A model generated the notes under the pieces. That model was not told the DNA's origin, ran no database searches, and saw nothing but the letters and a program-made list of their open reading frames with translations. Shown here one piece after another: positions 6,969 to 12,837 of a stretch of DNA of 17,560 nucleotides. The stretch is from Candidatus Omnitrophota bacterium (GTDB taxonomy: Bacteria; Omnitrophota; Gorgyraeia; 2-01-FULL-45-10; JBDRSA01), in the NCBI GenBank assembly GCA_043825275.1, contig JBDRSA010000004.1, positions 1-17,560 on the forward strand, given 5' to 3'. The position numbers and the translations under genes were made by a program. How positions within the stretch are numbered: the first letter of the stretch is position 1; each line of letters starts with the position of its first letter.

Positions 6969-7673
6969 ATGCATACTTCACATAGTACCATCCGGCGGAG
7001 CGGGAAGATATTATTGACAACTCTCTTCGCTCTTCTCGCGCTCTTTTTTTCCGCTTCCGAATCCTCCGCCCGGGATCCGATGCGGTCAGGTTCCCGAGAG
7101 GCCGAGGCCTACGACGATGGCATCTTCCGGGAAAACAGAGGCTACCTTGTCAGTAACGAGAATATCCCCGAGGAGCGCTCAAAATCAACCCTCTTCAGAC
7201 GCGGAGCGTTCAATAGGACTGAGACGTCTCGTCAGCGAAAGAAGAGAGCTCCGATAACAAAAATATCGTACGGGCAAAAAAAATCCCGGGAGATCTCTAA
7301 ACCGTCTCAACAGGAGTCTTCGTACATTCGTACTCTTGAAGACGCTCTCCTGCAGGAACGAGAGCGCTCGCTGCGCCAAACGAAAGAGATCGAGACGCTC
7401 AGGAGTAAACTGGAACGGGCTCTCAGGCAGCTGTCGCTGGCGACCCAGAAGATAATGGACCTCAAACAGGAGCGCCCCGCGTCTTCAAAGAGAATTTCAC
7501 AGACCTACCAGGTCAAAGCGGGCGATTCTCTCTGGTCGATCGCCGCGATGAAAGAGATCTACGGCAATCCGAAGAAGTGGCTTCTTCTCTATCACGCCAA
7601 CAGGGATCAGATCTATGATCCGAACCTTATCTTCCCGAACATGGTACTCTTGATCCCGCGTCTCAACGATTAA
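6969..7673 (+). CDS. Exported coiled-coil protein with a C-terminal LysM peptidoglycan-binding domain
   Basis: Signal peptide: KILLTTLFALLALFFSASESSA. Heptad-like charged segment: RTLEDALLQERERSLRQTKEIETLRSKLERALRQLSLATQKIMDLKQE. C-terminal LysM: YQVKAGDSLWSIAAMKEIYGNPKKWLLLYHANRDQIYDPNLIFPNMVLLIPR. The track start at 6960 is TTG. I prefer ATG 6969, which has GGAAAG 11 nt upstream. The stop lies 10 nt before the next gene. Confidence 0.85.
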   Translation: MHTSHSTIRRSGKILLTTLFALLALFFSASESSARDPMRSGSREAEAYDDGIFRENRGYLVSNENIPEERSKSTLFRRGAFNRTETSRQRKKRAPITKISYGQKKSREISKPSQQESSYIRTLEDALLQERERSLRQTKEIETLRSKLERALRQLSLATQKIMDLKQERPASSKRISQTYQVKAGDSLWSIAAMKEIYGNPKKWLLLYHANRDQIYDPNLIFPNMVLLIPRLND

Positions 7674-7683
7674 GGAAATATCT

Positions 7684-9726
7684 GTGGGGACCGACAACTA
7701 CACTACGGTTGGACGCTTGAAAACAACGCGCAAACTGTTTTACAGTACTCTGCCGCTGAAGGCGGCCTTCTCTGTATTGGTATGTTCGCTGGCGATCCTG
7801 CCGCCTGCCGCGGCTGCTCAGAGACGGGCCGACGAAGCGATATTGGAAAGTGACATGGCGACCCGCCTCGAATCGATGGTAGAAAAAGTCGTCGGAAAGG
7901 AGCGCTCGATCGTAAAGGTAAAGGTCACCCTTTCGCGCCCCCAGGCTGAAGCTCCTCTCGGCAGCTTAAGAGGGAAGCTGGGCGACATGCCCGGTGTCGC
8001 GTTCTCGAAGGCGGAGCCCAAAAAAGAAGAGACGGTAAAACTCTCGGTCGGCCCCACGATCGAAAAGATCGCGATCACGATCTTTCTCGACAACAAGATC
8101 GCCTCCGATAAGATCGACAGCATAAAAGAATCCATTCCCCGGTGGATGGATCTCGATTTCGAACGCGGCGATACGCTGAAGATCGAGCTGAAGCCGTGGA
8201 AAGAGCTTCCGCCGGAAGATATCGCGATAAAACAGCTGTCGTTCCTGAAAGGAAATCTTTTGGCGATCGTCGCCATCGCCAGTATCGTCATCCTGGTCTT
8301 CGTCCTTATGGCCGTACTTGCCGTACCGGCCAGGAAAATGATCAAACAGCGGTTGAAGATGCCGTCCGACGAGAAAAAGCTCAAGGATCTCGCCAAGGTG
8401 ATGGGTGACCTGAAAAACGTTATCATTAAATCGACCGCCGGCGCGGCGAAGAACGTCGATACCCTTCTTGAGGATATCAAAGGGATCCTCGCGAGAGCCC
8501 CCTCGAGAAGCGACGGCCTGCTTGAAGAAATACGGGATGTGCTTGAAAATATCGCCACAAAATCGATGAAGGGGGGCGAGGGAGGCTCCGGCGGGGCCGG
8601 CGGCTCGGCCGGATCCGCCGCCGGTTTACAGGCGCCCGAGTTCCTCCAGGCACTCAGGGATACGCTCGCGCCGATGGGCGGCGACGGAGGGTTATCCCCC
8701 GAGGCGCTCCAGGTGCTCCAGAGCATCGAGGAGCACATCAAAAGACAGGTTGACGGCGTTGCCGCGGGCGACATTCTTGACGAGCCGTTCAAATATCTCA
8801 ACTCTATCTCGACCGGTGAGATCTCCCTGTATATCGACGGCGAGGAGCCGAGGATCGCCGCCATAATACTGGGACATATCGACCCGAACAAAGCGGCGGA
8901 AGTCGTAGCTGAGCTATCCGACGAAAGAAAGATAGAGGTTTCGGTCGCCATGGCAACCCTTGTCGAGACCGATAAAGTCGCCGCCGAAATAAAGGACTTT
9001 ATCCGCCGCAAAATGCCCGAAGTCAAGCTGAGAAGCGACTTTCAGCCTATTACGGGAAGCAAGGCGCTCGCGGAGCTTTTGAGCTCTTCAACGCTTGATA
9101 TTACGAATTATGTCCTCGACAATCTCCAGAAGAGTAACCCCTCGATCGCGGAAGCGGTAAAGAAGGAGATGTTCCTCTTTGAGGATATCGCGGGCCTGCA
9201 GAATGAAGGCGTCGCGGAGCTGTTAAAAAGCACCGACCGGCATCGTCTTAGTCTTGCCCTTCTGAAGGCGTCGGACGCGGTTAAGACCAAATTTTTTAAC
9301 AACATGACCGAGCGCGCCGTCGCGATGGTCAAGGAGGAGATGAGCGCCCTGCAGCCCGTATCCGATGAGGGTTTGAAAGACGAAATTCTGTTTTTTGAGG
9401 ATATCGTAAATCTCGGCCAGAAGAGATTTCAGCAGATCTTTTCGAATATCGACCGAAATATGATAAAGCTCGCGCTCAAAGGGTCGTCCGAAGAAGTCCG
9501 TACTAGGGTCTTCGCGGTCATGACCGAGCGCGGAGCGGCAATGCTGCGGGAAGATATCGAGGTTATGCCGAACATCGCGCGGGAACGCACGCTCGAGGCG
9601 CAAAAAGAGATACTGGATTACGTGCGTAAACTGGAGATGGAACCTATTGTCGCTCAACAGGAGATCATCGCCAAGGTCAGAGAGCTCGAACGCGCCGGAA
9701 GGCTCTCGCTCGGATCGCGGTCCTGA
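7684..9726 (+). CDS. 680-aa fusion protein: signal/TM, FliF/YscJ-like periplasmic module, TM, long flexible linker, FliG-like middle domain, and two tandem FliG C-terminal units
   Basis: GTG start with AAGGAAA 5 nt upstream. aa 25-45 hydrophobic (LKAAFSVLVCSLAILPPAAAA). aa 46-190 are periplasmic with ring-building-motif-like strings (ATRLESMVEKVVGKERSIVKVKVTL ... IEKIAITIFLDNKIASDKIDSIKESIPRWMDLDFERGDTLKIEL). TM at aa 191-214. Gly-rich tether: GGEGGSGGAGGSAGSAAG. FliG ARM_M-like: GEEPRIAAIILGHIDPNKAAEVVAELSDERKIEVSVAMATL. FliG_C unit 1: MFLFEDIAGL...LSLALLKASDAVKTKFFNNMTERAVAMVKEEM. Unit 2: ILFFEDIVNL...IKLALKGSSEEVRTRVFAVMTERGAAMLREDIEVMPNIARERTLEAQKEILDYVRKLE. Confidence 0.8.
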   Translation: MGTDNYTTVGRLKTTRKLFYSTLPLKAAFSVLVCSLAILPPAAAAQRRADEAILESDMATRLESMVEKVVGKERSIVKVKVTLSRPQAEAPLGSLRGKLGDMPGVAFSKAEPKKEETVKLSVGPTIEKIAITIFLDNKIASDKIDSIKESIPRWMDLDFERGDTLKIELKPWKELPPEDIAIKQLSFLKGNLLAIVAIASIVILVFVLMAVLAVPARKMIKQRLKMPSDEKKLKDLAKVMGDLKNVIIKSTAGAAKNVDTLLEDIKGILARAPSRSDGLLEEIRDVLENIATKSMKGGEGGSGGAGGSAGSAAGLQAPEFLQALRDTLAPMGGDGGLSPEALQVLQSIEEHIKRQVDGVAAGDILDEPFKYLNSISTGEISLYIDGEEPRIAAIILGHIDPNKAAEVVAELSDERKIEVSVAMATLVETDKVAAEIKDFIRRKMPEVKLRSDFQPITGSKALAELLSSSTLDITNYVLDNLQKSNPSIAEAVKKEMFLFEDIAGLQNEGVAELLKSTDRHRLSLALLKASDAVKTKFFNNMTERAVAMVKEEMSALQPVSDEGLKDEILFFEDIVNLGQKRFQQIFSNIDRNMIKLALKGSSEEVRTRVFAVMTERGAAMLREDIEVMPNIARERTLEAQKEILDYVRKLEMEPIVAQQEIIAKVRELERAGRLSLGSRS

Positions 9727-9785
9727 CCGCTCTCGATTCATTGATCTCAGTCATCAAAAGAAACCGGTGGAAGAAAGGATCAAGC

Positions 9786-9980
9786 ATGATCATCGTTACA
9801 AAGTTTGACGGCAAGGAACTGGTAGTGAACGCCGACCTTGTAAAGTTCGTCGAAGCGAAACCTGACACTATCATGACGCTCACCACCGGTGAAAGGATCA
9901 TCGTAAAAGAACCCCGCGATGAAGTTATCAGCCGGATCATTAAGTATAAGCAGTTGGTACATCAACCCCCCGTCCAATAG
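9786..9980 (+). CDS. flbD: FlbD (small flagellar stator-associated protein, PF06289-type)
   Basis: MIIVTKFDGKELVVNADLVKFVEAKPDTIMTLTTGERIIVKEPRDEVISRIIKYKQLV matches the FlbD consensus pattern (..lTrlnGkef.lNadlIe.ie..PDT.itLt.G.k..VkEs.eEV...i..yk). The track ORF begins at 9741, but ATG 9786 has the SD GGAAGAAAGGA and gives the canonical 64-aa size. Confidence 0.85.
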   Translation: MIIVTKFDGKELVVNADLVKFVEAKPDTIMTLTTGERIIVKEPRDEVISRIIKYKQLVHQPPVQ

Positions 9981-9995
9981 AACAGAGAGGCGACC

Positions 9996-10751
9996 ATGGC
10001 GATAACAACTATAACCGGGCTTCTCCTGGCGGCGTTCTTTCTTCTTTTCGGTATCGCGACACGCGGCGGTATGTCCCGGATCATGGTCTTCGTCGATCCG
10101 GGATCTCTTATGCTGGTTGTCGGCGCCAGTATTTCGGCGCTCATCACGAACTATACGTTTAAAGAGATATGGCTGGCCATGAAAGCTATCCGTTTCGCCT
10201 TTCTGCCGAAACCCCCGATGCCTGAAGCGGTTATCGATCTGATCGTGCGCATGGCCATCAAAGCGCGCAAAGAAGGGTTCATTTCACTGCGGGAAGAGTC
10301 ATCCGGCGAAAAATTTCACCTGGTCGACCTGGGTGTCGGCCTCATCGCCGACGGGACCGATCCCGAGGTGACCCGGGAGATCCTCGACGCCGCGAGCTTC
10401 ACCGAGGGCGGCATGCTCGCTTCAAACGAGCGTGTCTGGAGGGACCTGTCGGTTTATACTCCCATGTTCGGTATGGTCGGAACGCTGATCGGCCTTATCC
10501 TGATGCTGCGGGGTTTGTCCGACCCCGCGACCATCGGCCCGGCAATGGCCATGGCGCTCATAACAACGCTCTACGGCATCGTTATCGCGGGTGTGCTTTG
10601 TCTTCCGATCGCCGGAAAGATCAAAAATTATAACGATCGGGTAGCGGTCCTGAGAACGCTTATGATCGAGGGCCTCATCTCCATCCAGGCGGGTGACAAC
10701 TCCCAGATCGTTGAGGCGCGCCTCAAGGCTCATATCGCCAAAGAATCCTAA
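9996..10751 (+). CDS. motA: MotA/PomA-type flagellar stator channel subunit (251 aa, 4 TM)
   Basis: The four-TM layout has a large cytoplasmic loop between TM2 and TM3. That loop contains AIKARKEGFISLREE, the ARxxGxxxLE-type charged loop of MotA/PomA. TM3 is YTPMFGMVGTLIGLILML and TM4 is GPAMAMALITTLYGIVIAGVLCLPIAGKI, so both conserved prolines are present. The gene sits 15 nt after flbD and 7 nt before motB. Confidence 0.9.
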   Translation: MAITTITGLLLAAFFLLFGIATRGGMSRIMVFVDPGSLMLVVGASISALITNYTFKEIWLAMKAIRFAFLPKPPMPEAVIDLIVRMAIKARKEGFISLREESSGEKFHLVDLGVGLIADGTDPEVTREILDAASFTEGGMLASNERVWRDLSVYTPMFGMVGTLIGLILMLRGLSDPATIGPAMAMALITTLYGIVIAGVLCLPIAGKIKNYNDRVAVLRTLMIEGLISIQAGDNSQIVEARLKAHIAKES

Positions 10752-10758
10752 TAAAAGA

Positions 10759-11553
10759 ATGCCCGTTCACAGCCTCTATAAAAAAAAGAAAGCTTTCCCT
10801 TCGGTCTCCGGAGAAAGCGAGCTTGAAGACAGCTGGCCGCCTACCTGGTCCGTCAGCTTTGCCGACCTGACGACGCTGCTAATGTCGGGGTTCATCCTCT
10901 GGTACGCTCTTACCGCGATGAAGATCCCGCCGGAACTTCTCGCGATCAAAGAGATCGATCAGGTTATTCCCGCCGATATCAAGATCATGGAAAACTTCGA
11001 ACAGGCGGGCGCCGATCAATCAAGGATCATGCTCAAGATCAAGGCCCTCACCCCCAAACAGCGCAGGCTTGTCAGAGAGATGAAGGCCCTGAGGGAGCTC
11101 AAAGAGACGATCGAGCGCCAGATAACCCAGGCCGGCCTTGACGACAAAGTAGACGTTCGGGTAGAGATCGACGCGGTGCTCATAACGCCGCGTGAGCCTT
11201 TTCTCTTCGGGGAGGGGGACGCCCGGCTCAAACAGAGCTCGTTCGCGCTGCTTGACACAATTATCGAAACGATACGGTCACGGTCATACTACCGGATACG
11301 CGTCGAGGGCCATACCGACAGCGCGCCGATCGGCCCTTTCCGCAAGATCCTGTTCCCCACGAATTGGGAGCTTTCCTACAAACGGGCGATAACGGTAGCT
11401 CAATATCTTATTGCCGGAAATATATCGCCCGCGGCCATCGGGGTGACCGGATACAGCGATACAAAACCGAAGGTTGTGGGCGATGACCCGGAAAGCAGAG
11501 AGAAGAACAGAAGGGTCGACATTTATATTTATCTCAAGAAGGTCGAAAGGTAG
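10759..11553 (+). CDS. motB: MotB-type stator subunit, paralogue 1 (TM with conserved Asp, coiled-coil linker, OmpA-like peptidoglycan-binding domain)
   Basis: The start is trimmed to ATG 10759, because track start 10693 would overlap motA by 59 nt. N-terminus: SWPPTWSVSFADLTTLLMSGFILWYALTAM, with the channel Asp in FADL. C-terminus: YRIRVEGHTDSAPIG...FPTNWELSYKRAITVAQYL...GVTGYSDTKPKV...NRRVDIYI (OmpA_C-like). Confidence 0.9.
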   Translation: MPVHSLYKKKKAFPSVSGESELEDSWPPTWSVSFADLTTLLMSGFILWYALTAMKIPPELLAIKEIDQVIPADIKIMENFEQAGADQSRIMLKIKALTPKQRRLVREMKALRELKETIERQITQAGLDDKVDVRVEIDAVLITPREPFLFGEGDARLKQSSFALLDTIIETIRSRSYYRIRVEGHTDSAPIGPFRKILFPTNWELSYKRAITVAQYLIAGNISPAAIGVTGYSDTKPKVVGDDPESREKNRRVDIYIYLKKVER

Positions 11554-11565
11554 CGTCCTCAAGCC

Positions 11566-12318
11566 ATGATCGAATCAAGAATTCAACGGCGCGATCAAGC
11601 GACATCAACGCTTCAGGAGGTTTGGCCGCCGAAGTGGTTCTTTTCGTATTCGGACCTGTCGGTGCTCCTGATGACCTTCTTTATCATTCTCGCCACGATG
11701 CTTTCCCTGAAGATCCCGCTCTACGTGTTTGCCGACGCGAGATTAAAACCGCTCCTGGATGAACGGATGGTCGTCTTTGAAGAGATCAGGCGGCTCACGG
11801 AACTCGAGAAGATGATGATGGATGAATTTCAATCAATGCGGCCCGATCAGGTCAAGCGCCTCATCGCGCTCGAGAAGATGAATGAGTTGAAAAAAAGTAT
11901 CGATAAGTACATCAAGAAGATGCAGCTGGAAAATTTTATCAAGATCGAAGCCGGAAAGTGGAAGCTCCGGCTGGTGCCCTTGTCTCCCTTGCTGTTCGGC
12001 CGCGGCGACGCCGTTCTGCGTCAGGAAGCGAAAGATTTTCTCGATCAGATAGCGGAATTCGCCGCAATGTACCCGTCGCGCCTTTCGATCGAGGGGCACA
12101 CGGACGACACCCCTATCAACACCCGTCAATTCTCCTCAAACTGGGAACTTTCCGCGGCCCGCGCGAACAGCATTATGCGCTATCTGGCCACCGAACACAA
12201 GATCCCCTCTGATAAGATCGACGCGGTCGGATACGGGGAATACCGGCCGCTCGTCCCCAACGACTCGGATACAAACCGCGCCTCCAACCGCCGGGTCGTT
12301 ATCGAACTGCTTATTTGA
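11566..12318 (+). CDS. motB: MotB-type stator subunit, paralogue 2
   Basis: N-terminus: VWPPKWFFSYSDLSVLLMTFFIILATM, with the Asp retained. C-terminus: RLSIEGHTDDTPINTRQFSSNWELSAARANSIMRYL...AVGYGEYRPLVPN...NRRVVIELL. It has the same architecture as paralogue 1, including an alignable coiled-coil linker, and starts 12 nt after it. Confidence 0.9.
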   Translation: MIESRIQRRDQATSTLQEVWPPKWFFSYSDLSVLLMTFFIILATMLSLKIPLYVFADARLKPLLDERMVVFEEIRRLTELEKMMMDEFQSMRPDQVKRLIALEKMNELKKSIDKYIKKMQLENFIKIEAGKWKLRLVPLSPLLFGRGDAVLRQEAKDFLDQIAEFAAMYPSRLSIEGHTDDTPINTRQFSSNWELSAARANSIMRYLATEHKIPSDKIDAVGYGEYRPLVPNDSDTNRASNRRVVIELLI

Positions 12319-12387
12319 ACAGTCGTAGAGCTTTTACATGCCACGACTGTTCATCCTGAGCGAAGCGAACGATCTCATTCCATAACT

Positions 12388-12410
12388 TCCTCTCCCCGGA
12401 GGGGAGAGGA
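12388..12410. repeat. GC-rich perfect hairpin (10-bp stem, 3-nt loop) in the convergent intergenic region; possibly a bidirectional terminator or a REP-like element
   Basis: tcctctcccc-gga-ggggagagga. It is flanked by tcatcctgagcgaagcgaacgatctc upstream and ttgaggtgagggg downstream. There is no U-tract on either strand, so it is not a canonical intrinsic terminator. Confidence 0.4.
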
Positions 12411-12467
12411 TTGAGGTGAGGGGTACCCTTGAATGCTTGTACATTGCTACCGGCTTCGGTATCCCGG

Positions 12468-12761
12468 TCAAAACTTCATCTGGGATCTCACCCTCGTAGG
12501 ACTGCCGTCTTCTGACGAGTGATACTTTATCTGAGGATTCATCCAATACCTAAGATAGCGGGTAATAGTCTTTCCTCCGACAATATACCCGCAAAGAGCC
12601 GCCATTATCACAATAAAAACCTTGAGCAGTATCGTGGCTCTAAATCGGCTCTTCCTTGCTATCTTCTCTTTTATCTTTATTTTAATACGGTTTTGCGAAC
12701 GGCCAAACGTATTCCCGCCCGGAGCTTTTTCCGTATTCTCATCATGTCTGAAATTATCCAT
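12468..12761 (-). CDS. Possible small single-pass membrane protein (97 aa), hypothetical
   Basis: Track ORF 12468..12872 trimmed to the internal ATG at 12761. The product is MDNFRHDENTEK...RIKIKIKEKIARKSRFRATILLKVFIVIMAALCGYIVGGKTITRYL..., i.e. a basic N-terminus followed by one TM. It is co-directional with, and 76 nt downstream of, the three-gene cluster. There is no recognisable family and the region is AT-richer than the neighbouring genes, so it may be non-coding. Confidence 0.3.
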   Translation of the reverse strand: MDNFRHDENTEKAPGGNTFGRSQNRIKIKIKEKIARKSRFRATILLKVFIVIMAALCGYIVGGKTITRYLRYWMNPQIKYHSSEDGSPTRVRSQMKF

Positions 12762-12837
12762 GTACTTTTCCGTTATCTTTTGCCATGAACGATCTTTGTT
12801 CCCGTCAATTATCCGGCTTCCGCTGTATCTCCGGCCT

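Noticed and set aside
7818-9026. A 402-aa minus-strand ORF (also 9223..9741 at 172 aa, 8142..8408 and 8692..8877) overlapping the FliF/FliG-like gene
   Set aside because: These are antisense shadows of a well-supported plus-strand gene. The products are Ser/Ala/Arg-rich low-complexity sequence with no motifs and no SD-linked start.
10693-10758. Longer track starts for motB1 (10693), flbD (9741), the small TM protein (1225) and the small ORF at 12872
   Set aside because: Each extension overlaps the upstream gene or a regulatory element and adds an Arg/Ser-rich non-conserved N-terminus. The internal ATGs give canonical lengths, and for flbD and the small TM protein they have proper SD sequences.
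9996-12318. Alternative readings of MotA/MotB as a Zorya (ZorAB) anti-phage system or as ExbBD/TolQR
   Set aside because: ZorA carries a very long C-terminal tail and is accompanied by ZorC/D or ZorE. Here MotA is a standard 251 aa and no such partners exist. ExbD/TolR lack OmpA-like domains, whereas both B subunits here have them. The presence of FlbD and a FliG-like gene also points to the flagellar stator lineage.
12512-12519. CTGACGAG, resembling the hammerhead ribozyme CUGAnGA core
   Set aside because: No downstream GAAA box, no complementary stems I/II/III and no UH cleavage-site context within ~80 nt on this strand. It is most likely a chance octamer.
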